This document shows, in pieces, positions 12,167 to 23,266 of a stretch of 64,000 nt of DNA. Position 1 is the stretch's first letter. Each line of letters starts with the position of its first letter. A program made the position numbers and the translations under genes. Source of the stretch: Octopus vulgaris (lineage: Eukaryota); NCBI GenBank assembly GCA_951406725.2, contig OX597842.1, positions 2,914,001 to 2,978,000 of the forward strand, written 5' to 3'. The notes beneath the pieces are model-generated. The model ran no database searches and was not told where the DNA came from. It saw only the letters and a list, made by a program, of their open reading frames with translations.

Positions 12167-14067
12167 CATATATATAGTTCTATGTGCATTGATATATATA
12201 TATATACACACACACAAACGTATACAATATACATATGTATGTACCTAAATGTATATATACATATATATGTATATATGCATATATACACACGTACACATAT
12301 CTATGTTCTTTTATGTATGTTGATTAGTGTGTGTGTGCGCAGGCATGGGCCAGTGGTAAGATGTTTGCTTCCCAATCAGATGGTACAGGGTTCAGTCTGA
12401 CTGTGTGTCTTCTACTCTAGTGTCTTTTGCTGACCAAATACCTATGAATGGATTATATATATATATATAAAGACAGTAACTTTAAATTTTATACAAACTT
12501 TATTATGAAGTAAATATCCTTGAATAACGTCAAATGTTTTACTTGCCTGTCTTCCATTTTTGATCTGTTTATATAGAAACAGAAGACAAAAAAGGCAATA
12601 AGTGATGAAAAGAAAGGTCTGGAAGCTTAAGGATCCTCTGAATGGTCAGAGATTTAGGGACATATTACTTGAAGCATTTGATGAAAAAGAGGAGAATGCT
12701 GTGACATATAATGTGGAGGACAACTGGAGATTCCTATGGGACCTGTTGGGGGTCACTGACCAAATATGTGGCTGGTAGAAAGTCCCTTCCTGACCTCTGG
12801 TGGTTTACTGGTGGAATGGCATAGTTGACGGGCCATTAAAGAAAAAAAAGCAGGCCTGGAAGAATTGGAAGTATGGTGGTAGCAGGGAACTGATCAGAGG
12901 ACCAGAAGGGAGGCTAAGAGACAAGGAGGATCAGAAACTGTGCACTAAATGGAGGTGTAGTCAAACCCTATTTTATGGGCTCAACCATGTTCCAAAATAA
13001 GGCGAAAGGTAAACTACTATAAATCGGCACGAACTTTCCGGACAACCCAATATATGCAACAGTGAATAAAAAGTTATAGCGGGATGTCATTCTGGGGAAG
13101 AAGGAACAGCTAGATGAAGTGGCCAGAGGTAGAGGTATAGTTTCACCTTGATTCCAAGGAACTACAAGATGAATGCGGTCAGCAGAAAAGAAGTTTGCCA
13201 ATCTTCTGTGGCATGAGGATCAGAGATTTGAAGTGTTTCAGATTGCAAGACAATGCGTAAGATAAAGCAATTAAGGATATGAAGACAGGGAAAGTCTGAA
13301 ACTCATCAGGAATCACCACTGAGATACTTAAAATATCTGGCAGAGGCGGGGATATAGCTTAGTTAGCAATATAGTTAATCAGGTTGTCTATGAGGGAGTC
13401 AGACCCAACGATTGATGTAGCAGCATTATAGTCAACTGCAAGAAAGACAAAGTTGACGTCTTTGACAGAAATACTTACTGAGGTATCAAATTGCTGATCC
13501 AGGTGATGAAAGTCACACAAAGGGTCATAGCTCAATTAATTAGGAAGAGAGTTAGCGGAGATGAGATGCAGTTTGGGTTTGTGCCAGGTAGGAGCATGAC
13601 TGATGCTATATTCCTGGTTAGGCAACTGCAGGAGAAGTATTTAGCCAAAAATAAATTCTCTGTGCTTGACATTTGTCAACATAGAGAGAGCCTTTGACAG
13701 GGTCCCCTGCTCCCTTATCTGGTGGTCAATGCAAAAGTTAGGGATAGATGAGTGGTTAGTGAGAGCTGTACAAGCCATGTACAGGGATGCTACCTGTAAG
13801 GTGAAGGTTGGCAATGAATATAGCAATGACTTCAATGTAAAGGTAGGAGTTCACCAAAGATCTGTTCTCATCCCCCTCTTGTTTATCATAGTTCTCCAGA
13901 CCTTAAGGGAATTCAATACCAGCTGCCCTTGGAAGCTCCTCTAAGCTGATGACCTTGTTCTTATAGCTGAATCACTACTTGTCCTAGAGATGAAGTTTCA
14001 GGTGTGGAAGCAAGGCCGGGAATCTAAGGGCCTTAGAGTTGATTTAGCAAGAACCAAGGTTCTAGTA

Positions 14068-14392
14068 ATTTCTTTATTGCCCACAAGGGGCTAAACATAG
14101 AGGGGACAAACAAGGAGAGACAAAGGGATTAAATCGATTATATCGACCCCAGTGCGTAACTGGTACTTAATTTATCGACCCCAAAAGGATGAAAGGCAAA
14201 GTCAACCTCAGTGGAATTTGAACTGAGAACATAATGGCAGATGAAATACCGCTAAGCATTTTTCTTTCCTTTAAAAATCGGCATGAACTTTCCGGACAAC
14301 CCAATAAATATATAGGTGTGCATCCATGCTCATTTCTTTGTGTATGTGTGTGTGTGTGTAAACACGCTAACATTTCTGCCAGCTCGCTGCCT
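14068..14392 (-). mobile_element. SINE family B inserted in the RTE LINE, split by a ~100-bp patch
   Basis: Family B sequence; approximate TSD GCAARAACCAARRTTCTAGTAA (about 14047-14068 and 14415-14436). Confidence 0.8.
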
Positions 14393-14773
14393 TAAACGTT
14401 TCTGCCATCTTCCTGCAAAAACCAAAATTCTAGTAAGTAGGAAAACAGACAAACCTCAATTCCCTTCAAGGGAGATGGTACTGCTCGATATATATAAGAA
14501 GGGTGTTGGTAGAAACCCCATATGTTGTACCCAATGCAAGCTATGGACACATATGCAGTGTAGCAGTATCTCCCACAGAGTGAAAGGCAGATTGTATGAT
14601 GCCTGTGTACATACAGCTATTAAGTCAGAAAACAAACAATTCACAAGTCCCTTCGATATGTAAAAAGGATGTTGGTAGAAACTCCATAGGTTGACTACTG
14701 AGGACTTGCAAAGGCTTGAAAGAAATGAAGCTGGCATGTGCCACAGGATGGGTTATTGTCAGCTTGCATGTGC

Positions 14774-14982
14774 TGTTGTTGTTGTTGTTAAGCAACAAGA
14801 TGGGTAAGGGTGATTAGGTGATGGTCTAGGGCTTAGGGGCGGGAGACCCCAGACCTTGGAAAAAAAAACTTTGGTCCTCTTGTTGTAGTCGAGGGCTCTT
14901 CGTTGACGCTCGACACCACTGGGAGGTGGCCCTTGAAATCGCTGGAAATGGAGATCTCCAGGTCCAAATTCTTGAATGGCGT
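14774..14982 (-). mobile_element. Unclassified retroposed insertion with (CAA)n tail
   Basis: (GTT)n at 14774-14793; approximate TSD TGCATGTGC/TGCATATGC; interrupts the RTE sequence; CpG-rich. Confidence 0.5.
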
Positions 14983-15315
14983 GTGCATATGCAATAGAGT
15001 ATAAATGATTTAAAAGGGAAAATGGGTGCAAGTGGCATCAGATGTTGTGTTTAAGAGAGAAGACTGCACTGCTTTGGTCATGTGATTGCACATGGGTGAG
15101 GACAGCCGCATAAAGTACCAAGCATTAATTGAGGGGGGAACTTCTGGAGTGGGTAAACCCAAGAAGACATAAGTCTTGAGACAAAGCCTCACTGAGGGAA
15201 GGACAAGGGACCGGGAGATGAAGCGATTTTGCTGTACTTGAGAAGATTTGTCAAGCTCAGCCAAATCGCTGTCATCCATCCATACCGACTCTTTATATGT
15301 GTCTGTCAATATATG

Positions 15316-15885
15316 TATTGGGTTGTCCGGAAAGTTCTTGCCGATTTGCAGTAGCTTCCCTTTCGATATATTTTAGAACATGGTTGAGTCCATAAAATAA
15401 GATTTGACTACATCTCCATTTAGAGTACAGTTTAAGCTATCTTTTCATGGAAGAAGGTTTATGTTCCTATAACGTGTGTTAATTCTGTAACCCTTTAAAA
15501 TGGAAGATAAGAAAGTTCATTTTCGGCACTTGATGCTTTGGGAACCAGACAAAAATTGTTGCAGCTCGGCTGGGATGTGTTACCCCACCCTCCATGTTCA
15601 CCAGATATTGCTCCTTCAGATTTCCAATCATTCAGGTCTCTGCAGAATAGTCTTAATGGTAAAAATTTCAATCCCTTGGATGACGTAAAAAGATACCTTG
15701 ATGAATTCTTTGCCATGAAACCACCTCAATTCTGGGAAGAGGGTATTTTCAAGTTAAAGGAAAGATGGAGATGCATTGTGCAACAAAATGGTTCATATTT
15801 GGTTGATTAAAAATGTAATGGCAAGTATTTATTGACCTTTTTCTTTCCTTTAAAAATCGGCACAAACTTTCCAGACAACCCAATA
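15316..15885 (+). mobile_element. Internally deleted mariner (non-autonomous) with both TIRs
   Basis: TA-TTGGGTTGTCCGGAAAGTTCTTGCCGATTT ... AAATCGGCACAAACTTTCCAGACAACCCAA-TA; MEDKKVHFRHLMLWE is fused to TRQKLLQLGWDVLPHPPCSPDIAPSDF (YSPDLAPSD motif). Confidence 0.92.
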
Positions 15886-16019
15886 TATATAGGTGTGCAT
15901 CCATGCTTATTTCTTTGTGTGTGTGTGTAATGAAAGTTGGGTGCAGAGAAGGGGTCAGAGCGATCCAATATTTCACACAGTTGTTCAGTCTTTATATGAT
16001 TTGATTAGAAAGTTTGAAA

Positions 16020-16270
16020 CAGATGGTGGTATAGTTGTGGTAGTGGTGTGGTAGCTGTGTGTTGTTGTGGCAGTGACAGTAGTAGTGTTAGTGGTGTTGA
16101 TGTTGCTGGTTGTAGTGGTTCTGTTGTGGTAATAGAGTTGGTGGTGGTGGTAGTGTGGTGGTATAGGCGTTAGTGACATAGTGTTTGAAGAGTGATGGTG
16201 ATGGTACTGGTGCACTTGCGATTATGATGATAGTGGTGGTGATGATGGTGATTGTGGTGGTGGCCGTGGT
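16020..16270 (+). repeat. Degenerate (GGT)n tract
   Basis: GGT/AGT/GAT triplet mix. Confidence 0.8.
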
Positions 16271-16755
16271 GGGAGAGACTGTGATAGTTTTATTGCTGTT
16301 ATTGCATAAATATAACTATGCCATAGCCTGAAGAAGCAAATATGAGACACACTAGAGTGGGTGGTGAAGGGTGGTGATGCAGGAGTGGGCGTGGGGAGGG
16401 GAGAGCAAGGAGGTAGAAGACGAAGGGTAGAGCAACATATATGAATAATAATAGTAATAATAATAATAATAATAATGATGATGATTATGATGATGATGAT
16501 AATAGATTATGACAGAGAGAACAAGAGGGAGGGAGGCATAACAATGAGCTTAATTTGAATGTTGGATGAGGGGTATGTGCATATATGTATATATGTACAT
16601 ATACACACTCACACATTTTTATATAAAGATTTATAAAGAAATATATGTTTATACATTCATCTACGAATTTTTATATGTAAGCATATATATATATATAAAT
16701 ATACACATATATAGATAGATAGATACATATATATATTTGTATACACACAACACAG

Positions 16756-16793
<38 letters not shown>

Positions 16794-16819
16794 GGAGATA
16801 AATATATATATATTGGTAT

Positions 16820-16858
<39 letters not shown>

Positions 16859-16859
<1 letters not shown>

Positions 16860-17303
16860 TTGTTGAAATAGAAAGATGAATTTTCTTGTTACAGATTATT
16901 CAAAAGTTTAACCGATACCTGGGTAGCAAAAATCACAGCAGAAAATACACGGTTGGAGATAAGACCATTTGGTGTTGCAACCGTGTGTTGGTGCGGATAA
17001 TTGAAGTTTAATATTATTATTGAATGGAAGAAATGGAGTTGAACGAAGATTGTACAGAATTCCTTTTATTACATTCTACACATGTTTCAAAGGCCACAAA
17101 TTTCCAAATTCTGATTAAATAAGGGTACCATATTGTGGCTTTCTCATCAGGAAAAAACAGGAATTCCGTTGACAGAACAAAACAGAACAGAGGCGCAGCA
17201 ATTCGGACGAGGAGGCTCTTTAAGAGCCCATGGCTGAAACATGTGTAGAATGTAATAAAAGGAATTCTGTACAATCTTCGTTCAACTCCATTTCTTCCAT
17301 TCA

Positions 17304-17306
<3 letters not shown>
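16859..17306. mobile_element. PLE-like insertion in (TA)n: perfect 72-bp inverted arms plus extension
   Basis: 17018-17089 is the exact reverse complement of 17235-17306; extension 16859-17017 is related to 22896-23042; TA runs on both sides. Confidence 0.8.
17074..17153 (-). ncRNA. Minimal type-I hammerhead ribozyme motif
   Basis: Minus: TTC-CTGATGA-GAAAGCCACAA...TTGTGGCCTTT-GAAAC-ATGT-GTA^GAA; long stem II; palindromic ACATGT in stem III. Confidence 0.75.
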
Positions 17307-17336
<30 letters not shown>

Positions 17337-17695
17337 GATGCATACATATATAGATAAATATGTTCATACACATATGTACATACACAGAAATGTAAATACA
17401 TACGTGCATACATCCATCCATCCATTCATACATATATACACAAATGCGTATGTCCAGAAACATAAATACATACGTGAATATATGTACATACACAGATGCA
17501 TGCATTCATGGCTACATGCATAAATACATACATACATGCAGAAAGACACATGGAGAGAAAGAGGGGAATTTTTTGGGTTTTAGCTATTTTTTAAGGAAAT
17601 GGTGGTGCTTTGAGAGAATATAGACTGGATCCAACATAGAAACACCCTAAAATATGAAGAATAAAGGGTGAGGCACATTTGTTCATGGGGAACAT

Positions 17696-18290
17696 TGACC
17701 ACATTCATCTTGGAGTGCCTTGGAGCCAATGCCAAAATATACCTCTGGCTACTTCATCTAGCTGTTCCTTCTTCCCCAGAATGACATCCCACTATAACTT
17801 CTTATTCCCTGTTGCACATAATTTTGCTCCAGCTGGCCTGGCATCAAAATTCATCTCATCAAGAAGACTATCAAATGCACTGATGACATTAGTCTTAGAG
17901 TTCTTGGGAACCATTGTGACATCAACACTGCATAGAAGGGCTAAACTATACCCCACACTCCACCACTGATCACTTCATCTAGCTGCTCCTTCTTCCCCAG
18001 AATGACATCCCACTGGAATCTCTTAATCTTTTTGCTGCAGCTGGCCTGGCATCAAATTTCATCTTTCAAGACAAATATCAAATATATCAATCACATTATT
18101 TTTTGGAGTTCATGGGAATTGTTGTGATGCCAGCATTGCATGGAAAGGTCAAACTATACCCTGTACTCCACTTCTGACCACTTCATCTAGCTATTCCTTC
18201 TTCCACAAAATGTCATCCCACTAGAATCTCCTCCTGCACATATTTTTGCTATGGCAAGGCTGGGGTGAAATTTCATCTCTTCAAATGGAA
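17696..18290 (+). repeat. Tandem ~210-220-bp repeat (about 3 diverged units)
   Basis: ACTTCATCTAGCTRYTCCTTCTTCCMCARAATGWCATCCCACT recurs at about 17751, 17972 and 18180. Confidence 0.85.
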
Positions 18291-18529
18291 GAATGGAAGT
18301 GTTGACCACATTGGTCTTGCTATGCATATAAACCTTTCCACCAAACCAAATCATTCACACACACACATGTATACCTACATTCACAGACACTATCATACGT
18401 ACACATGAACACAAACATGCATTCATATTAATACATACATGCATATAAACTCAGACACTCTCATACACACAAACAGACACACATATCTATATACACTCAT
18501 TGGCATACACACATACAAGTAAAAAAAAA

Positions 18530-18990
18530 CACAAGAGACAATTGCAATTCCTAAAAAAGTTACTTACCAGCGCCAAATTACCCACCAAAAATACAACCCC
18601 ACTAGTGAAAAAGTGCAACTGCCCTAACTGCAGAACCTGTATCTTCCTCTTAGAGGGCTCAACATGCAAATTTAAGTCAGGTCAAATTTTTACCATTAAA
18701 ACAATCACTTCAACTGTGCTCCAAAAAATTTAATCTGTGTTCTCAAATGTAGAGGGCATGGTGGAGACTACATAGGTCAAACTAGTTTGACCTTGAGGGA
18801 CAGACTAACGGTACACAGGTAACAGAATCTGGGACCCCATGACCAGGAACATTCCCATAGACTAATACCCTACAAACATAAACCCAAAATACCAAATCTT
18901 CCCTCTCTATCAATGCACTGGAAACACTTCAACACATTTAAATGAGGAAATCATGCTCATTAAAAAATATAACACATAGTTGAATATCCT
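18530..18990 (+). mobile_element. Penelope-like element (Neptune-type) C-terminal Zn-finger plus GIY-YIG endonuclease fragment, pseudogenised
   Basis: KRQLQFLKKLLTSAK...CNCPNCRTC...(frameshift) FNCAPKNLICVLKCRGHGGDYIGQTSLTLRDRLTVH (18709-18816)...EEIMLIKKYNT*LN. Confidence 0.8.
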
Positions 18991-19307
18991 TTAGAAAGAA
19001 GGGAAAGTACTAAAGAGAAAAAGGAAAAGAGAACCCAATTTCTTCACAAAAGAAAACAACCAGATACAACAGACATAATTTAAAAAACTTTAGTAATAGT
19101 CTTCCACATGGGTTTCGAAACCACAACTCCAAATCACCATAGAATAATACCATACAAACACCAGTTGCTGATGTTACCTCACTCTAGACCAATGAAATTT
19201 TACAAGTACCAGTTGCTAATATCACCTAACTCTAGACCAATGGAATTTTACCTCTGATCAAAACCAAACTTCAGCAAATACAACAAAAATGACCCTTGAA
19301 GAGAATG

Positions 19308-19533
19308 TATTTCTTTACTACCACAAGGGGCTAAACACAGAGGGGACAAACAAGGACAGACAAAGGGATTAAGTCGATTACATTGACCCCAGTGCGTAAC
19401 TGGTACTTAATTTATCGACCCCGAAAGGATGAAAGGCAAAGTTGACCTCGGCGGAATTTGAACTCAGAACGTAACGGCAGACAAAATACGACTATGCATT
19501 TCGCCTGATGTGCTAACGTTTCTGCCAGCTCGC
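19308..19533 (-). mobile_element. SINE family B
   Basis: Near-identical to 2401-2630. Confidence 0.85.
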
Positions 19534-20118
19534 AATGAACCAACTGGAATGGCTGATGACTATTCCCCACAGGGAAGCCAACCAGGCAAAATGACAAACT
19601 TGGGCACCAGAGAAACAAGACATCACCACTACTTTAACTCATCAAAAATCAGATCTGTTCTCAGGAAAAATTATAAATACACCAGATTCTAAAAATGCCA
19701 CTACAAGTGAAAGTCCCTGCACACGACGGAAAGAGAATCACAGAAACTGTAAACCAAACCCCTTTTTTTTTACTATCTTCATTTCTCCCTTGTTTTTCTC
19801 CCTCTTAACTGAAACTTTAATGATCCACATTTTTTATTGGTCCCTACTAACACAATTGAATTTTGTGCGTTTAAACAAGATGATTCACATTTTTTATATT
19901 ATTGACTGTTATGAACATTTAAACTTGTAAACATTGAAAATTTTAATTCATAATTGTAAATTTTTACCACTGATAAACAAAAAATATTGTTGAAACTAGT
20001 TTGGTGTATATGTAAATAAATATATTTTAAACAATTTACAAGTCTTTCAAATTTATGTGCATTTTCAACAACAAATTTGCCTATATTTTTCCTGCATAGA
20101 AATACAACCCCTCTTTTG

Positions 20119-20153
<35 letters not shown>

Positions 20154-20611
20154 TATATTTGTGTTTGTATTTGTCCCCTCACCATCGCTTGACAATCGAT
20201 GTTGGTGTGTTTACTTCCCTGTAACTTTGTGGTTTGGCAAAAGAGACTGATAGAATAAGTATTAGGCTTACAAAGAATAAGTCCTGGGGTTGATTAGTTC
20301 AACTAAAGGTGGTGTTCCAGCATGGCCACAGTCTAATCAGGGAAACGAGTAAAAGATAAAAGAAGTCATCACTCTGATTTTTGTTGTTCCCCATGTGTGG
20401 CCTAGTGGTTAGGGTGTTACACTTATGACTATCAGACCATAAATTCGATTTCTAGACAGAGCGGTGTGTTGTATTCTTGAGCAAAGCACATTTCCTCTCC
20501 ATGTGACAAAAAAAAAAGGGCTGAGGTAGGATTTACACTTCAACCCAGCAGATGGTGCCCCAGCATGGCTGCAGTTTAATAAGGGAAACAAATAAAAAAC
20601 TAAAAGAATTA

Positions 20612-21005
20612 ACTCTTTACTCTTTTACTTATTTCAGTTATTTGACTGCAGCCATGCTGGAGCACCGCCTTTAGTTGAGCAAATCAACCCCAGGACTTAT
20701 TATTTGTAAGCCTACTACTTATTCTATCGGTCTCTCTTGCCAAACTGCTAAGTTACAGGGACATAAACACACCAGCATCAGTTGTCAAGTGATGTTGGGG
20801 TGACAAACAGACACACAAACACATATATATGTATATATATATATATACGACAGGCTTCTTTCAGTTTCTGTCTACCAAATCCACTCACAAGGCTTTGGTT
20901 GGCCCGAGTCTATAGTAGAAGACACTTGCCCAAGGTGCCATGCAATGGGACTGAACCTGGAACCATGTGGTTGGTAAGCAAGCTACATACCACACAGCCG
21001 CTCCT
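20612..21005 (-). mobile_element. SINE family A, full length
   Basis: Full head-to-tail match. Confidence 0.9.
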
Positions 21006-21019
21006 TCACCATGGCGATT

Positions 21020-21695
21020 TATAATCAATCAAATGCTGCTCTGTTATGCAATCATCGATATGTTTACACCACCTTTCCAGACACTGTAAAATCTCATTTC
21101 TCAGCTCAATTCCCAACAGAGTCCCTTTTCTCTTCACAGCCATGGTAACAGCAACGAACTGTATTCTAACAGATACAAACTCTGAGTAAAGTAGAAGCAT
21201 CAATGAAGACATTATTGATTTTTGCTATTGATTTTTAAATCCATCAACATGTTAGTCAATTTTTTATGTGTTACATTTTATTTAAATACTGTTTAAAGTG
21301 ATCGACCAAAATGAAACTACGGGACAAATCAATAAACGTTACTTTTTGAGAACTGTAAAAGAGAGACACGTTACCATTGAACCAGCAATGGTTACACCTC
21401 TTTGATGTAACATTTTTACGTGTTTTTCATTAATTTAAATCTATTTTTAATTATTGGAAACAAAAGACAAACTTGCATCAGGGGCTGGTGTTATGCACGA
21501 GGCAATCTTTCTGATCCCTGGGGGTAGTAAAAGTAGGAAACAGCAGCCAGGGCGGGTGCCATGCACAAGGCAAACCTGTTGACCTAGTGGGGTGGTGGCG
21601 CTAAAATCGTGGGCGTCACAAAATATCTTAATCCAATTAAAAATATGCAAACTTAGTGGAACGAATGTTACCAGGACAACAGGAGACTATATTTC
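21020..21695 (-). mobile_element. Possible pogo/Tigger-type DNA transposon 5' remnant
   Basis: Minus translation MAVKRKGTLLGIELRNEILQCLER resembles a CENP-B-type HTH start; no catalytic domain visible. Confidence 0.3.
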
Positions 21696-21717
21696 CTAAT
21701 AGTTTATTATCACCAAT

Positions 21718-22177
21718 AGGCATGGCTGTGTGGTAAGAGGCTTGCTTCCTAACCACATGGTTCTGAGATCAGTCCCACTGTGGTGGCACCTTGGACAAAT
21801 GTTTTCTTCTATAGCCTCAGGCTGACCAAAGTCTTGTGAGTGCATTTGGAAGACAAAAACTGAAAGAGGCCCATTGTGTGTCTTTGTCTCCCACCACTGC
21901 TTGACAACCAGTGTTGGTTTGTTTATGTCCTCATAACAGCAGTTTGGCAAAAATGATCAATAGAATAAGTACTCTTTTACTTGTTTCAGTCATTTGACTG
22001 CGGCCATGCTGGAGCACCACCTTTAGTCGAGCAAATCGACCCCAGGATTTATTCTTTGGAAGCTTAGTACTTATTCTATCAGTCTCTTTTGCCAAACCGC
22101 TAAGTTGTGGGGACGTAAACACACCACCATCAGTTGTCAAGCGATGTTGGAGGATAAAGAAAGACACACAAACATAT

Positions 22178-22214
<37 letters not shown>

Positions 22215-22495
22215 CATATATACGATGGGCTTCTTTCAGTTTCCGCCTACCAGATCCACTCACAAGGCATCACTTAGCCAAAGGCTATAGCAGAAGACAC
22301 TTACCCAAGGTGCCACGCAGTGGGACTGAACCCAGAACCACGTGGTTTGTAAGCAAGCTACTTACCACACAGCCACTCCTGCATTTAAAAGGAAAAGAAG
22401 TCCTGGGGTAAATTCATTTAACTATAAATTCTTCAAGGAGATGCTCCAGCATGGTCACAGTCTAATAGCTGAAACAAGTAAAATATAAAATGTAT
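21718..22495. mobile_element. SINE A (+) with a second full SINE A (-, 21970-22383) nested in its tail
   Basis: The plus copy breaks at AATAAGTACT and resumes after 22383 with AAGTCCTGGGGT...GAAACAAGTAAAA. Confidence 0.8.
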
Positions 22496-22749
22496 AAAAT
22501 CAGTTTCAGGGGTGAAGAACTTATCCAAAGCTTGTGACGCTTCATCTCTTTGTACAGTTCAGTAAAGGAATTGAACTCGCAAACTCCTGAAGATAGAAAG
22601 CTTCGAATGACACTTCATCTCTTTGTACATCCCTGTGTTTTTTTTTGTATCATCTATCTGGATGTTTTGTTGTCCCTTTTTGTATCACCTAGCTGTCTGG
22701 ATGTTTTGCGTTCTTGTCCCATTTTGTATTTATATATATATATATATAT

Positions 22750-23042
22750 AAATAAATGAAAGAATGGAGTTGAACGACGATTTAACAAAATTCCTTTATT
22801 CTCTTCGAAATTAGGAATATGCAGCCTTCGAAACATATGTCGAGAATAAAGGAATTTTGTTAAATCGTCGTTCAACTCCATTCTTTCATTTATTTGTATT
22901 AAAAAAACACACAAATCTCCACACGAAAGCAAGTGATCTCTGCCCTTCGCATGTAGCTTCAACCGTGTTTTTCTGACGTGAATTTGCTACCCAGATATCG
23001 GTTAACCGAATTATCCATACTAAGATAATTCATTCAACTACT
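22750..23042. mobile_element. PLE-like insertion in (TA)n: perfect 54-bp inverted arms plus extension
   Basis: 22750-22803 is the exact reverse complement of 22842-22895; GAAAC-ATAT-GTC^ at 22830-22841 directly precedes the right arm. Confidence 0.8.
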
Positions 23043-23099
23043 TATATATATATATATATGTATATAGCAGCATACGTTTTTGCATGTATTGCAAGAAAC

Positions 23100-23266
23100 A
23101 GCAAGGTTTCTTTCTCTGCACAAGTTCATACATGAAAAACAATGAAGGAATCTTTAGAGAAGTTTCTATAAAACTAGCTTTCAAATATCGAATGGCTTTA
23201 GGGGTCTACCAGAATAAAATAGTAATCAAAGGGGTCCATAGGTAAAAAATGGTTGAGAACCCCTGG
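23100..23266 (-). mobile_element. hAT-type non-autonomous element end
   Basis: Minus begins CAGGGGTTCTCAACCATTTTT..ATGGACCCCTTTGATTACTATT; a second copy lies on + at 24546-24830. Confidence 0.55.

Larger units (their letters stand above)
12585..15290 (+). mobile_element. Decayed RTE-clade LINE (RT domain to C-terminus) with nested insertions
   Basis: DEMQFGFVPGRSMTDAIFLVRQLQEK, IERAFDRVP..LIWWSMQKLG, VGVHQRSVL.PLLF, CPWKLL*ADDL (YADD motif), KGVGRNPICCTQCKLWTH, GHV..MGEDS. Confidence 0.9.

Noticed and set aside
17018-17306. Inverted-arm elements as MITEs
   Set aside because: The arms are asymmetric (one-sided extension), vary in length between copies and contain hammerhead motifs, which fits PLE insertions better
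17696-18290. 210-bp repeat as a coding repeat (WDVILGKKEQLDEV on minus)
   Set aside because: Several in-frame stops and unit lengths that do not preserve frame
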